A program made the position numbers and the translations under genes. From an uncultured Dehalococcoidia bacterium (GTDB lineage: Bacteria > Chloroflexota > Dehalococcoidia > Lucifugimonadales > CAZEDC01): a stretch of DNA of 64,000 nt. The stretch lies in contig CAZEDC010000030.1 in assembly GCA_964510985.1 (NCBI GenBank), forward strand, positions 1,920 through 65,919. Reading direction: 5' to 3'. This document shows, one piece after another, positions 38,834 to 49,690 of the stretch; position 1 is the first letter of the stretch, and every line of letters starts with the position of its first letter. The notes under the pieces were generated by a model. It searched no databases. It worked only from the letters and a program-made list of their open reading frames with translations, and was not told the origin of the DNA.

Positions 38834-40294
38834 ATGGCAAACCACACAAGAGTGGAACGCCCCAACCTTCTCATCGTTATGTCGGACCAGCACGGGCCGA
38901 TGTTTAGCGGTACCTACGGACACCGCCTGATTCAGACCCCGGCCATGGATAGGCTGTCCGAAGAGGGGGTGACCTTCGACAACGCCTACTGTAACGCTCC
39001 GATCTGTGTCCCCTCTCGCGCCTCTTTTATGACGGGGAAGTACCCATTCCAGATCCGTTCGTGGGACAATAACTGCGCTTTGCCATCGGACACGCCCACC
39101 TGGCCATATCTGTTGCGGTCCCTCGGGTACGATGTGGTGCTCAGTGGAAAGATGCACCTGAAACCCCCTGATGAACTCAATGGGTTTCGTGCACAATTAG
39201 CGGTTGATCTACACGCCCGGCAAGTTGATGCTCGTGTCCGCTGGAAGGATGTGTTCGACAAGCCTGCCCCCATGGAGGACTTTCTGGAGGGCGCGGGGGC
39301 GGGGATAACGGAGGAAATCCGGGCGGACGAATCCGCTGAGGCCGCCGCTTTGTCTTACCTTCGTGATAAAGACCGTAAACGAAATCCCTGGGCAATCTGT
39401 GTTGGTTTTCTCGCACCCCACTCCCCCTTGGTCGTGCCCGAGCCATATTTCTCGATGTATTACCCTGACAACGTCGACCTTCCCGTTATTCCGCCTGGGC
39501 ATGTGGACGAAATCTCACCCCAGGCAAAACGATTACGGGACTTTCTTGGGCGGGGCGGCGATCTCCCCGAGGACATGGTGCGCAGAGCTAGGGGCGGTTA
39601 TTACGGACTGGTCACATGGATGGATGCCAAGATCGGGCGTCTTCTGGATACCCTGGACGAGGAGGGTCTAACGGACAGTACCGTGGTGATTTACGCGGCC
39701 GACCACGGTGAGATGTTGGGCGAGCACGGAATGTGGGCGAAACTGAACTTCTACGAGCAGTCGTCAAGGGTGCCTTTGCAGGTGCGATGGCCTGGAAGAA
39801 TCCGGGGTGGGCAGAGAGTCCCAAACCCGGTTTCATTGATCGATGTCACGGCGACGATTCTCGACATAGCGGGCTTGGACGAAGAGCAACGCCGGGGCTT
39901 TTGGGACATGGAGGGCGATTCCTTATGGCCTCTTCTGAACGGTCGAACCTCGGGATGGAAGGATGAAGTCTTCTCTGAGTACGAAGGGCCCGGTACAGAC
40001 CGTGTGCTGGGTATGATCAGGTCCGGCAAGTGGAAACTGTGCTATGGCCATGGCGACCCGCCTGAACTGGAACTCTACGATCTAGAAAAAGACCCTGGAG
40101 AGTTTGGGAACCTGGCAGACCGTCCCGAATACCAGGAGATACGAAGCGGTCTTTTCAATCGCCTTCTACGTGGGTGGGATCCCGACCTGGTGACGGCCCA
40201 GGTTCTGCGCGACCAGGAGATAAAGGCCGTTCTGCGCAGCGTAAGTCCACCCGCGACAGACGAGATATTCAACAAGTTTTATTCTGCACCATAG
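38834..40294 (+). CDS. Cys-type sulfatase (choline sulfatase-like)
   Basis: PNLLIVMSDQH, CVPSR, GKMH, APH, ADHGEMLGEHG, LYDLEKDPGE. Confidence 0.92.
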   Translation: MANHTRVERPNLLIVMSDQHGPMFSGTYGHRLIQTPAMDRLSEEGVTFDNAYCNAPICVPSRASFMTGKYPFQIRSWDNNCALPSDTPTWPYLLRSLGYDVVLSGKMHLKPPDELNGFRAQLAVDLHARQVDARVRWKDVFDKPAPMEDFLEGAGAGITEEIRADESAEAAALSYLRDKDRKRNPWAICVGFLAPHSPLVVPEPYFSMYYPDNVDLPVIPPGHVDEISPQAKRLRDFLGRGGDLPEDMVRRARGGYYGLVTWMDAKIGRLLDTLDEEGLTDSTVVIYAADHGEMLGEHGMWAKLNFYEQSSRVPLQVRWPGRIRGGQRVPNPVSLIDVTATILDIAGLDEEQRRGFWDMEGDSLWPLLNGRTSGWKDEVFSEYEGPGTDRVLGMIRSGKWKLCYGHGDPPELELYDLEKDPGEFGNLADRPEYQEIRSGLFNRLLRGWDPDLVTAQVLRDQEIKAVLRSVSPPATDEIFNKFYSAP

Positions 40295-40448
40295 TCCGGC
40301 CTATTTCCTCGCCGTCGTTCCCAGGAGAAGCCTACCGCAGTGTTCGCGTCACGACGGTCTTCACTTGACCTGACCCCCGGAAATCGGTCGCGCGAAGAGT
40401 TGGCCTTGAGATCATCAGCCCTGGAATATGTGCCCCTGGGAGGAAAGA

Positions 40449-42386
40449 TTGGATGAACAGCGCGTAGCGCCCTACGGCTCCTGGAGGTCTCCGATAACGT
40501 CCGATCTTATCGTCTCCGATGCGGTGAGGCTCAGCCAGGTCACGCCCCACGGAGGGGATGTCTACTGGATAGAGGGCCGGCCGCAGGAACGTGGCCGCAA
40601 CGTGTTGGTCCGGCGGGCGCCCGACGGCCGGACCGTCGATGTTACCCCGCCGCTGTTCAACGTGCGTACCCGGGTCCATGAGTACGGCGGTGCTTCCTTC
40701 GTCCTGTCGGGCCGGACTGTTTTCTTCTCCAACTTCCAGGACCAGCGGATTTACCGGCAAGACCTGGACGGGCAGCCCGAGCCGATCACACCCGAGACCG
40801 ACCTGCGCTACGCAGACGCCGTCATCGACCGCCGGCGGGACCGCATGGTCTGCGTGCGGGAGGACCACACGGCTGAGGGACGGGAGGCGGTCAACACCCT
40901 GGTGGCCATCGACCTCGACCGGGGCGGCCCGGGCGAGGTGCTGGTGTCGGGCAAGGACTTTTACTCCTCGCCCCGCCTCAGCCCCAACGGCTCCACGCTG
41001 GCGTGGATCGAATGGCGCCACCCAAACATGCCCTGGGACACGACGGAGCTGTGGGCCGGCGAGCTGGACGCCGCCGGCGCCGTGACTCGAAAACAGTTGG
41101 TGGCGGGTGGGGACGATGAATCGGTGCTCCAACCACTGTGGTCGCCCGACGGGGTGCTCCACTTCGTCTCGGACAGGACGGGATGGTGGAACCTGTACCG
41201 CTGGAGAGACGGCGAGGCCGGGCCGTTGTGCGAGATGGAGGCCGAGTTCGGCGGGCCTCAGTGGGTCCTCGGCGCGCCGCAATACGCCTTCGAGTCGGCC
41301 CGGCGGATAATCTGTGCCTACACGGCACAAGGGGGCTGGCGCCTGGCGGCTCTGGATACCGTGACCGGCAGGATCGATCCTATCGACACGCCCTTTTCCG
41401 ACATGTCGAGAGGCGGGGTCCGAGTACATGACGGACAGGCCTTCCTGGGCGCAGGCTCGCCGACCGAGTTCTTTTCAGTCTTAAAAGTGCAGCTTACGAC
41501 AGGTCGGACCGAGGTTTTACGACGTACCAACGAGGTCGGTGTTGACGAGAAATACCTGTCCGGCCCAGAGGCCATCGAGTTTCCCACCGAGGGCGGCCTG
41601 ACGGCCCATGCCTTCTTCTATCCGCCCGAGAACAGCGACTACAAGGCTCCCCCCGGTGAGAAGCCGCCTTTGCTGGTGATTAGCCACGGCGGCCCCACGG
41701 GCGCCGCCTCGACCTCGCTGGACCTGTCGGTGCAGTACTGGACCAGCCGGGGGGTAGCGGTCCTGGACGTGAACTACGGCGGCAGCACGGGCTACGGCAC
41801 TGCCTACCGCCGGCGGCTGAACGGCAACTGGGGAGTCGTGGACGTGGACGACTGCGTAAACGGCGCACTATTCCTGGTAGACCAGGGCCGGGTTGACGGG
41901 GACCGGCTGGCCATCAAAGGAGGGAGCGCGGGTGGTTACACCACCCTGTCGGCACTGACCTTCCGGAACGTTTTCAAGGCGGGGGCCAGCTACTACGGCA
42001 TCAGCGATCTGGAGGCCCTGGCCCGGGACACGCACAAGTTCGAGTCCAGGTACCTGGATACGATGGTCGGCCCCTACCCGGAGAGGCGGGACCTGTACCT
42101 CCAGCGCTCACCCATCCACCACACCGACGGCCTCTCGTGCCCGATAATCCTGTTTCAGGGTCTGGAGGACAAGGTGGTGCCGCCCAACCAGGCGGAGGAG
42201 ATGCTTGAAGCATTGCGCAGGAAGGGCCTGACCGTGGCCTACGTCCCGTTCGAGGGCGAGCAGCACGGCTTCCGCCGCGCCGAGAGCATCAAGCGTTCGC
42301 TGGACGGCGAGCTGTACTTCTACTCGCGGGTCTTCGGATTCGAGCTCGGCGACCCTGTGAAGCCGGTGCCCATCGAGAACCTCTAA
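40449..42386 (+). CDS. S9 family prolyl oligopeptidase/acylaminoacyl peptidase
   Basis: [33 protein letters not shown]. Confidence 0.93.
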   Translation: MDEQRVAPYGSWRSPITSDLIVSDAVRLSQVTPHGGDVYWIEGRPQERGRNVLVRRAPDGRTVDVTPPLFNVRTRVHEYGGASFVLSGRTVFFSNFQDQRIYRQDLDGQPEPITPETDLRYADAVIDRRRDRMVCVREDHTAEGREAVNTLVAIDLDRGGPGEVLVSGKDFYSSPRLSPNGSTLAWIEWRHPNMPWDTTELWAGELDAAGAVTRKQLVAGGDDESVLQPLWSPDGVLHFVSDRTGWWNLYRWRDGEAGPLCEMEAEFGGPQWVLGAPQYAFESARRIICAYTAQGGWRLAALDTVTGRIDPIDTPFSDMSRGGVRVHDGQAFLGAGSPTEFFSVLKVQLTTGRTEVLRRTNEVGVDEKYLSGPEAIEFPTEGGLTAHAFFYPPENSDYKAPPGEKPPLLVISHGGPTGAASTSLDLSVQYWTSRGVAVLDVNYGGSTGYGTAYRRRLNGNWGVVDVDDCVNGALFLVDQGRVDGDRLAIKGGSAGGYTTLSALTFRNVFKAGASYYGISDLEALARDTHKFESRYLDTMVGPYPERRDLYLQRSPIHHTDGLSCPIILFQGLEDKVVPPNQAEEMLEALRRKGLTVAYVPFEGEQHGFRRAESIKRSLDGELYFYSRVFGFELGDPVKPVPIENL

Positions 42387-42396
42387 GACCCACCCC

Positions 42397-42777
42397 TTAG
42401 TCGGGCAGTAGCACCACCGCCTCTATCTCTATCTTGAGGTTGGGGAGCACCAGACCCGCTACCTTTACCAGCGTGCTGGCCGGCCACGTGTCGCCGAAGT
42501 AGCGCACCCGGACTTCGGACACCTCTCCGAGCCTGTCTAGCTCCGTGACGTATACCGCCACCTTGACGATATGCTCAAACCCCAGGCTCTCGGCCTCCAG
42601 GATGGTCTTGATCTGCTCCAAGATGGACTCGGTCTGGGCAACGATGTCACCGTTTTCCGCCGGTGTGCCACCGGCGGTGAACCCGGACAGGTACAGGAAG
42701 GAGTTGGCCCGTACCGAGTGATAATAGGCTCCGGACGGGACCTTCAGTCCCGGGTAGTTCTTTCGCGAGATATTCAT
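42397..42777 (-). CDS. RidA/YjgF family protein
   Basis: LYLSG, IVKV.VY, PASTLV.V, IEIEAV. Confidence 0.9.
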   Translation of the reverse strand: MNISRKNYPGLKVPSGAYYHSVRANSFLYLSGFTAGGTPAENGDIVAQTESILEQIKTILEAESLGFEHIVKVAVYVTELDRLGEVSEVRVRYFGDTWPASTLVKVAGLVLPNLKIEIEAVVLLPD

Positions 42778-42814
42778 GGATACTCCTCCAATCGGGTTGG
42801 ATTGACTGGCGGTC

Positions 42815-43609
42815 CTATCGGCCCAGAGCCTTGGCGAGGGCGCCGCCCTGCTCCTTGCACCACTCGTAGATGACGGCCACCTCCCACCCGATGCAGAAGT
42901 CCTTGACGCCCATGTCGATGTAGGGCGCCGCCTCCTCGTAGCTGCTGATCTCCACCCGCGGAGCTATCCCCATCTTCAGTGCTGTCTCGATGGTGCGCTT
43001 CTCGGCCGCCTTGATCCTGGGATCGTCCCATTGGCCGGGGATGCCGAGGCTCATGGAGTAGTCGGCCGGGCCGAACTGCACCATGTCTATGCCGCCGACC
43101 AACAGTACTTCTTCCAGCTGATCCACGGTCGACGCCTTCTCGATCATCAGCGCCACCACGCCCTCTTCCAGGGACTCGACGTAGTCGGCCGAGCCCGGGC
43201 CGATCACGTAGCCCACGTCTCGTCTCATACCGGCGCCGGCGATACCGCCGGTCTTGGGTGTCTCCGCCCTGGCGGCGGCCACGGCCTTCCGGGCCTCCTC
43301 GGGCGACCGGACGTCGGCGAAGAGCAGGTTCTGTATGCCCGAGCCCACCGCTCGGACAGCCAGGTAGCTCCTGGGCTCCTGCTCGATCTTCATCATAGCC
43401 GACATGTGGTCGAAAAGGTCAATGGCCCGGCCGAAATTCTCCAGCGCGTACAGATCGTAAGGGGCGTACTCGCCCTGGAACTCCACGTAGTCCATGGCGC
43501 CGCTGTGCCCGATCACCTCCACCATTCCAGGCCACGTGGAATGGATGTGGGTGCCTATCGTCGGTTTACCCTCGTTCAAGAGCTGGCGAAGCACGTTCTT
43601 TTTCTTCAA
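42815..43609 (-). CDS. HpcH/HpaI-family class II aldolase
   Basis: MIEKAS, FGPADYSMSLG; TTG start with GGAG RBS. Confidence 0.85.
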   Translation of the reverse strand: MKKKNVLRQLLNEGKPTIGTHIHSTWPGMVEVIGHSGAMDYVEFQGEYAPYDLYALENFGRAIDLFDHMSAMMKIEQEPRSYLAVRAVGSGIQNLLFADVRSPEEARKAVAAARAETPKTGGIAGAGMRRDVGYVIGPGSADYVESLEEGVVALMIEKASTVDQLEEVLLVGGIDMVQFGPADYSMSLGIPGQWDDPRIKAAEKRTIETALKMGIAPRVEISSYEEAAPYIDMGVKDFCIGWEVAVIYEWCKEQGGALAKALGR

Positions 43610-43778
43610 ATCTCACTCCTTTTTGAACTTATTGGTCGCCGTCCCACATCATACGCCATCGAGTGTGGAGACGCGATTTTTTCATTCCGCGCCGGCGAGT
43701 TCCGGCAGTTGTGCTATATTCTCTCAGGTCGAGTGGGTTGCGGATGCCTAGGACCATGCGAAAGTTACCGGAGGTCTG

Positions 43779-43950
43779 GTGAGCGCGGACGCTCTGAAGT
43801 TTGCTGCGGCGATGGCCGGCGATGCATCTCTTCTGGCCTGGGTCTGGCTCGTGTTCGCCCGAGGCATGTTCTGGCGAACCGATCTGCGGTTGGCGTCCGG
43901 CGACGGCCGGCACCCCGATTTGCCCGAGGTCGGCGTAATAGTGCCGGCCG
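43779..43950 (+). pseudogene. N-terminal stub of an HpnB-like glycosyltransferase
   Basis: SLLAWVWLVFARGMFWRTDLRL...PEVGVIVPA, then similarity stops before the expected R(N/D)E. Confidence 0.6.
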
Positions 43951-44234
43951 GCTCCTCTGCTTTGGGCTCTTGCATGTCGGGCGATTTTGGGATTGAGTGT
44001 ACCTCCAAGTTTGGCCTATAATCGGGCCATAGGACAGGTGCAGTCTTCGGATTTATCGCTCGGTTGGTTCCACTGGGCACCCCGTATGAGACATCGGTGT
44101 ACACGGACACAAACTTCCCCGGTCTCTCAAGTCCACCACAGATGTGACAAACCTGTCCAACCCTGACGCCAAGTCACCGCATCGAGACTGCATCAGCGGT
44201 TCCATCAAGTGACCCGGTCGAAAGGACCGATTTC

Positions 44235-45134
44235 GTGGGGCAGTCACCGCCATTTGTAATAATCATGGCGCTCGTCGCCACCGTCGTCGGCGCTGTATTC
44301 TACTACGAGACGCGCCGAGCCTGGGTCCTGTACCGACAGCGGATGTCGGTATTACGTGATATCCCCGGATACTGGTTCCCGCGCGGTCTCGCAAACAAGA
44401 GGTCAAGTAACCTCGATCGAGCGATTGAGGACTTCTCCAGGGTGATTCATGCCGATCCTCAGAGCCTGAGACCCTTGACCGATGAGTACAGGCTGTTGGC
44501 CCTGTATGAACGTGGCCAGCTCTGGGCGCAGCGGGAACCGGACTCTCACGATTTAGCGGTCGAGGACTTGAGTGAGGCCATCCGTCTTCATCCCGGACCA
44601 GGGTCTCCGAAGGCCCCTGAAACGGAACAGGACCTCGGCGGCCGGTACCCAAGCATCGGCGAACTTTTCCACCGCAGGGGGCAGTCCCATGTGGCCCTCG
44701 GAATGCTCGAGGAGGCACTGGAAGACTATTCTGCGACGATAGAGTTCATGGTCGCCACAGCGGCCGATTCGAGCGGCCGGTTTCCCGATCCGGCTGTCGA
44801 GGACGATTTGTACTTCCTGTTTTGTAACCCCTATTTCGATAGGGGAAGTGTCTACAAGGACCTCGGACGGTACGAGGAAGCTGTTGAAAACTTCACACAG
44901 GCGGAGGACTTTTTCAAGCGCCATGACCCGGAAGCAGTTGCAGGGGCCTATCACGATAGAGGCCTGGCATATCTGGAGTGGGGTAAATACGCAGAGGCCC
45001 TAGCGGACCTGGACGTGGCCATCTCGGAATATGAACGGGACAGTTCACCGGAGGCACCACCGGAAATCTACGCCGAACGTACGGCGTCGTTGAAATCTCT
45101 TGGCCTGATAGCTGAAGCCGAGAGCGACGGCTAG
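44235..45134 (+). CDS. TPR-repeat protein with N-terminal TM segment
   Basis: Repeated Y/F..RG......G.YEEA..D(F/Y)S.AI patterns. Confidence 0.8.
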   Translation: MGQSPPFVIIMALVATVVGAVFYYETRRAWVLYRQRMSVLRDIPGYWFPRGLANKRSSNLDRAIEDFSRVIHADPQSLRPLTDEYRLLALYERGQLWAQREPDSHDLAVEDLSEAIRLHPGPGSPKAPETEQDLGGRYPSIGELFHRRGQSHVALGMLEEALEDYSATIEFMVATAADSSGRFPDPAVEDDLYFLFCNPYFDRGSVYKDLGRYEEAVENFTQAEDFFKRHDPEAVAGAYHDRGLAYLEWGKYAEALADLDVAISEYERDSSPEAPPEIYAERTASLKSLGLIAEAESDG

Positions 45135-45191
45135 CGAGCGGCGAGGTCTACAGAGAGCGCCGGGGATTCCCGACGGCCGGCCTGAACGCGG

Positions 45192-46274
45192 TTAGGCGTC
45201 GGCCAGCTTCTTCACCATCGCCTCGTCCAGCTCAATCCCCAGGCCCGGGCCGTCGGGTACGTCCATGTAACCGTCCTTTACCTCCAGGGGTGTCTTGAGG
45301 ATAGGCCACTCGTCCCGGATCGAGATAGGCTCGATGTTGTTCTCCTGGGAGTAGACGGTGTTGGGGTGGGCGGCGCAGAAATGGAGGTGGGCAGCGGTGC
45401 TGATGATGGGCTGGGTGTTGTGGACGGTGATGGGCCGGTTGAATGTGGACGCCAGGTCGCCGATTTTCTGGATCTCGGTGAAGCCCCCTGTTTTCACGAT
45501 GTCGGGCTGGATGATGTCCACACGTCCACGGAGGATCAGGTCCCGGTACTGCCACCGATTGTAGATCATCTCACCCGATGCAATGGGTATTGCCAGGGTG
45601 TCGGCGATTGCGGCCAGGCCATCCAGGTCGTAGTTGGGCCGGGGCTCCTCGAAGTGGAACGTCCCCAGGTCCTCCAGGGCTTTTCCGACCTCGATGGAAT
45701 GGTGGACCGAATAGGCCCCGTTGATGTCCACCAGTATGTCGATGTCGTCGCCCACGGCTGCGCGCACCTCCCGCACCGTGTCGACGGTGTGGTCGGCCGG
45801 GTCGTCGATGGCCCCCGGCACAGCAGAATGCAGCTTGTAGCCGGTGTAGCCCTGCTCGACGAAGGACGCGGCGCGACGACCCTCCTCGACGGGCGAGAGA
45901 TCCCGGCGCATGGAGCTGGCGTACATCCGAATCTTGTCCCGGACCTTGCCGCCCAGGAGCGCGTATATGGGGAGGCCAAGGGCCTTGCCCTTGATGTCCC
46001 AGAGGGCGATGTCCACGCCGGCTATCGCGATGAAGATGGAACCCCCCAGCTCCAGGGCCTCACCCGCTTTGGCCATCTCGTTCCAACGCACCTCGGTCTC
46101 CAGGGGGTCCTTGCCTAGCAGGACAGGCTTGAGGATGGCGTCCACCACGGGCTTGGTGATCTCGGGGAAGCGGCGGAAGCACTCGCCGATGCCGACAAGC
46201 CCCTCGTCGGTGTAGACACGGACCAGGGGAAAGGTGCTGTCCAGGACCAGGCACTCGACATCGGTGATCTTCAT
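45192..46274 (-). CDS. Mandelate racemase/muconate lactonizing (enolase superfamily) enzyme
   Basis: DIALWDIKGK, VDIN, FEEP, GE, IIQPD, GPGLGIE. Confidence 0.92.
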   Translation of the reverse strand: MKITDVECLVLDSTFPLVRVYTDEGLVGIGECFRRFPEITKPVVDAILKPVLLGKDPLETEVRWNEMAKAGEALELGGSIFIAIAGVDIALWDIKGKALGLPIYALLGGKVRDKIRMYASSMRRDLSPVEEGRRAASFVEQGYTGYKLHSAVPGAIDDPADHTVDTVREVRAAVGDDIDILVDINGAYSVHHSIEVGKALEDLGTFHFEEPRPNYDLDGLAAIADTLAIPIASGEMIYNRWQYRDLILRGRVDIIQPDIVKTGGFTEIQKIGDLASTFNRPITVHNTQPIISTAAHLHFCAAHPNTVYSQENNIEPISIRDEWPILKTPLEVKDGYMDVPDGPGLGIELDEAMVKKLADA

Positions 46275-46452
46275 GTTTTTGGCCTCCTTAAATAGCCGTT
46301 CCGATACCCGATTCTCCTCCGGACAAGACCGGAGCCTGGATCAGGGTACACCCTGTATCGGGCCCGGGCAACGGCCCCCGTTCGGTTGAACGTCACGCCA
46401 CCAGGGGCTACAATATCTCGGTGCCAGCGTGATGTTGCGGCGGCGATAGACC

Positions 46453-46540
46453 GGAGGGGTGGCCGAGTGGCTTAAGGCGCCGGTCTTGAAAACCGGAATC
46501 CCGAAAGGGAACGTGGGTTCGAATCCCACCCCCTCCGCCA
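46453..46540 (+). tRNA. tRNA-Ser(UGA)
   Basis: GGAGGGG/CCCCTCC acceptor stem, CCGGT-CTTGAAA-ACCGG anticodon arm, long variable arm, GTTCGAATC, encoded CCA. Confidence 0.97.
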
Positions 46541-46677
46541 CGGATTCATCAACGACAGACACTGACTTATTCCCGTTGGACCGTTCACGTGATCTCTTCG
46601 GCGCCGTGAGCCGATGACAGGTCTGACGGCAACGGAAATGTCAGGGGAGCCATCGAAATGACCGGGTCAGAAAAAGT

Positions 46678-47835
46678 ATGAAAATCCACGAATACCAGGC
46701 TAAAGAGATTCTTGCCCGGTACGGCGTGCCCATACCAAGGGGAGGCGTGGCCTCCACGCCCCAGGAGGCGGCCAGCATCGCCGGCGACCTGGGCGGCCGT
46801 GTGGTCGTCAAGGTACAGGTCCACGCCGGGGGCCGTGGTAAGGCCGGCGGCATCAAGCTGGTAGAGTCCGCCGAGGAGGCCGAGAGAGCGGCCTTCTCCT
46901 TCCTCGGCTCGAATCTCGTTACGATTCAGACCGGCCCTGAGGGGATACCCGTACGCCGCGTGCTGGTGGAGGAGGCGGTGGACGTGGCGAACGAGCTATA
47001 CCTGGGCCTGGTTATCGACGGCGCGGCCGGGGGAGTCGTCGTCATCGCCAGCGAGGCGGGCGGCATGGAGATCGAGGAGGTGGCGGCCAGCACTCCCGAA
47101 AAAATACTGCGGGCCCAGGTGGACCCTGTACTGGGACTCCAGCCGTATCAGGGGCGCAAGCTGGCCTACGGGCTAAACGTCGAGCCCGGTCTGGTCAGGC
47201 CCGTCGCCGGGATGATCGACAGTCTCTACAGGGCCTTCGTGGCCCACGACTGTTCGCTGGTCGAGGTGAACCCCCTGGTGATAACCGGGGACGGCAAGGT
47301 CCTTGCCGTGGACGCCAAGCTGAACGTGGACGACGACGCGCTGTTCAGGCAGTCCGAAATCCAGGGCCTGCACGACCCTGAGCAGGAAGACGGTCGCGAG
47401 GTCGAGGCCCGGAAGTACGACATAAGCTACGTAAAGCTGGACGGCGATGTGGGCTGCATGGTCAACGGCGCCGGCCTGGCCATGGCCACAATGGATGTCA
47501 TAGGTGACGCCGGGGCCGCACCCGCTAACTTCCTGGACATCGGCGGCGGCGCCGACGAGGAGAAGGTGGCCCAGGCGCTGACGATCATCCTCTCGGACCC
47601 CAGCGTCAAACGGGTGCTGGTCAACATATTCGGCGGCATCCTGCGATGCGACATAGCCGCCCGCGGCCTGCTGATGGGCTCCGAGGCGATGCCCAAAGCG
47701 GCCCGTCCCATGGTGGTACGGATGCTGGGCACCAACGCCGAAGAGGGGCGCAAACTGCTGTCCGATTCCAGCCTGGACGTGATGCTGGTGGACAACCTGG
47801 GCCAGGCCGCCGAGGCGTTGCAAACCACCGGCTAA
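46678..47835 (+). CDS. sucC: Succinyl-CoA synthetase beta subunit
   Basis: [47 protein letters not shown]. Confidence 0.97.
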   Translation: MKIHEYQAKEILARYGVPIPRGGVASTPQEAASIAGDLGGRVVVKVQVHAGGRGKAGGIKLVESAEEAERAAFSFLGSNLVTIQTGPEGIPVRRVLVEEAVDVANELYLGLVIDGAAGGVVVIASEAGGMEIEEVAASTPEKILRAQVDPVLGLQPYQGRKLAYGLNVEPGLVRPVAGMIDSLYRAFVAHDCSLVEVNPLVITGDGKVLAVDAKLNVDDDALFRQSEIQGLHDPEQEDGREVEARKYDISYVKLDGDVGCMVNGAGLAMATMDVIGDAGAAPANFLDIGGGADEEKVAQALTIILSDPSVKRVLVNIFGGILRCDIAARGLLMGSEAMPKAARPMVVRMLGTNAEEGRKLLSDSSLDVMLVDNLGQAAEALQTTG

Positions 47836-47870
47836 GGCCAGCCCCGATCAGGAAAAATGAGAGCGAGCGA

Positions 47871-48749
47871 ATGAGCATTCTGGTGAACGAAAAAACCCGG
47901 CTGTTGGTGCAGGGAATCACCGGCCGCGAGGGCAGCTTTCACGCAAAGCGATGCAAGGAGTACGGCACCAACCTGGTGGCGGGCGTTACGCCTGGCCGGG
48001 GCGGAGTGCAGTTCGACGACGGCGTACCTGTGTTCAACACCGTGGAGCAGGCGGTCGCCGAGACCGGGGCCAACACATCGGCGATCTTCGTGCCGCCGGC
48101 CTTCGCCGCCGACGCTATAGCCGAGGCGGTGGACGCCGGTATTGCAACCGTCGCGTGCATCACCGAGGGCATCCCGGTAATGGACACAATCCGTGTGGTC
48201 CGGTACGTCAGAGACAAACCAGTGACCCTCATCGGCCCCAACTGTCCCGGCGTCATCTCTCCGGGCGCCCGGTGCAAGGTGGGCATCATGCCGGGAAACA
48301 TCCACCTGCCGGGCAGGACTGGCGTCGTGTCCAGAAGCGGCACCCTAACCTACGAGGCCGTGGGCCAACTAACCGAGTTGGGCATCGGGCAGTCAACTTG
48401 TGTGGGTATCGGCGGCGATACGGTCAACGGCTCGTCCTTCGTGGACATCCTGGGGATGTTCCTGGAGGACCCCGACACGGACGGAGTCGTGCTGATCGGG
48501 GAGATAGGCGGTACCAGGGAGCAGGAGGCCGCCGAGTATATAAAGAGCGAGTTCACCAAGCCGGTGGTGGCACTGGTCGTCGGACAGAGCGCGCCGCCGG
48601 GCAAGCGGATGGGGCACGCCGGAGCCATCATAACCGGAACTGCGGCCCGCGCCGACGAGAAGGTCAAGGCACTGTCGGCCGCGGGCGTCGCCATCGCCCC
48701 ATCTCCCGCCAGGATAGGCGCGACCGTGCGGGAGGTGATGGGGGGATAA
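47871..48749 (+). CDS. sucD: Succinyl-CoA synthetase alpha subunit
   Basis: [27 protein letters not shown]. Confidence 0.97.
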   Translation: MSILVNEKTRLLVQGITGREGSFHAKRCKEYGTNLVAGVTPGRGGVQFDDGVPVFNTVEQAVAETGANTSAIFVPPAFAADAIAEAVDAGIATVACITEGIPVMDTIRVVRYVRDKPVTLIGPNCPGVISPGARCKVGIMPGNIHLPGRTGVVSRSGTLTYEAVGQLTELGIGQSTCVGIGGDTVNGSSFVDILGMFLEDPDTDGVVLIGEIGGTREQEAAEYIKSEFTKPVVALVVGQSAPPGKRMGHAGAIITGTAARADEKVKALSAAGVAIAPSPARIGATVREVMGG

Positions 48750-48855
48750 TCCGTCCGGAGTAGGGTTTGCCCGAAAACTTAACCTAACCTTATCCCTCCG
48801 GTGGCGGAAGGGAGTTCGTCCGGAGCGAGGAATCTCCCTTCTAAGTCTGAAAAAC

Positions 48856-48889
48856 ATAAGGGGCTGGCCCCCTCGGGCCAGCCCCTTAT
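48856..48889. terminator. Bidirectional hairpin terminator
   Basis: ATAAGGGGCTGGCCC-CCTC-GGGCCAGCCCCTTAT, a perfect 15-bp stem between convergent genes. Confidence 0.8.
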
Positions 48890-48912
48890 TATTGGCCAGT
48901 GTTCGCAGGGTT

Positions 48913-49641
48913 CTACTTGAGGATGTCCCACAGGCGCGTGGACTGCCAGCGCAGCACCCGCACGATTGTCGCCAGCGCCAGACCGATGCCTGTCAACAGC
49001 AGGGCCATGCCCGCGAACTTGAAGGGCTCCAGCCACAGCTTGACCGCGTTGATGGTACCGAGATCGGCCAGCAGGCCGCTCGTCGAAGGGTTGAGCTGAG
49101 TGGCGATGGAGTGGTTCCAGTAGTCGTAGGTCAGGGTGGCCAGGACGATGCCGATGATCACCGATGCGACCAGGAGCATCATGCCCATCATCATGAACAT
49201 GGGGAACAGCTGGGCGGTCATGGGAGGTTTGATGATCTTCACGTCAACGCCCAGGGCCTCCTGGACCCTGCCGCCGCCGGTCCTGAGCGCGCCCAGAATG
49301 GTGGCTAGCAGGAAGGTCACTCCGCCCAGAATCATCCCCAGGCCCAGGAATTTGAGCGTGGGGAGCCACACCTTGGTGGACTCGATGAAGGCCTTCTTGG
49401 TGGCCAGATCGGAGCCTGTACCCGCCGCCTCGCGAACGGACTTGGAGAAGCTGAAGTAGTCGGCGGCGGCGCTGGAGGCGAACAGACCGATGATAAAGGC
49501 CACCACCACGATCATGAACCCCATGCCGATAAAGGGCATCCACATCTTGCCGGCCATGGCCTGCATGCCGGTCACCTTTACCGGCAACTTGTCGCTGGTA
49601 AACAGAACCTCTGAATTGACTATCGTGGCATTAGCTGCCAT
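48913..49641 (-). CDS. Uncharacterised 4-TM membrane protein with internal duplication
   Basis: Two copies of TM-DY(F/W)..S-loop-I...K.WL...KF.G...L.G....LATI...LR; RBS AAGGAGG. Confidence 0.85.
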   Translation of the reverse strand: MAANATIVNSEVLFTSDKLPVKVTGMQAMAGKMWMPFIGMGFMIVVVAFIIGLFASSAAADYFSFSKSVREAAGTGSDLATKKAFIESTKVWLPTLKFLGLGMILGGVTFLLATILGALRTGGGRVQEALGVDVKIIKPPMTAQLFPMFMMMGMMLLVASVIIGIVLATLTYDYWNHSIATQLNPSTSGLLADLGTINAVKLWLEPFKFAGMALLLTGIGLALATIVRVLRWQSTRLWDILK

Positions 49642-49690
49642 TTTCGATTCCCTCCTTGGATTGCGTTTTCACTTTAGTTAACAGTCCGGG

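Noticed and set aside
46453-46540. tRNA-Sec or an integration site at tRNA-Ser
   Set aside because: Anticodon is UGA (reads UCA, Ser) with a normal 7-bp acceptor stem; no duplicated 3' end noticed in the window
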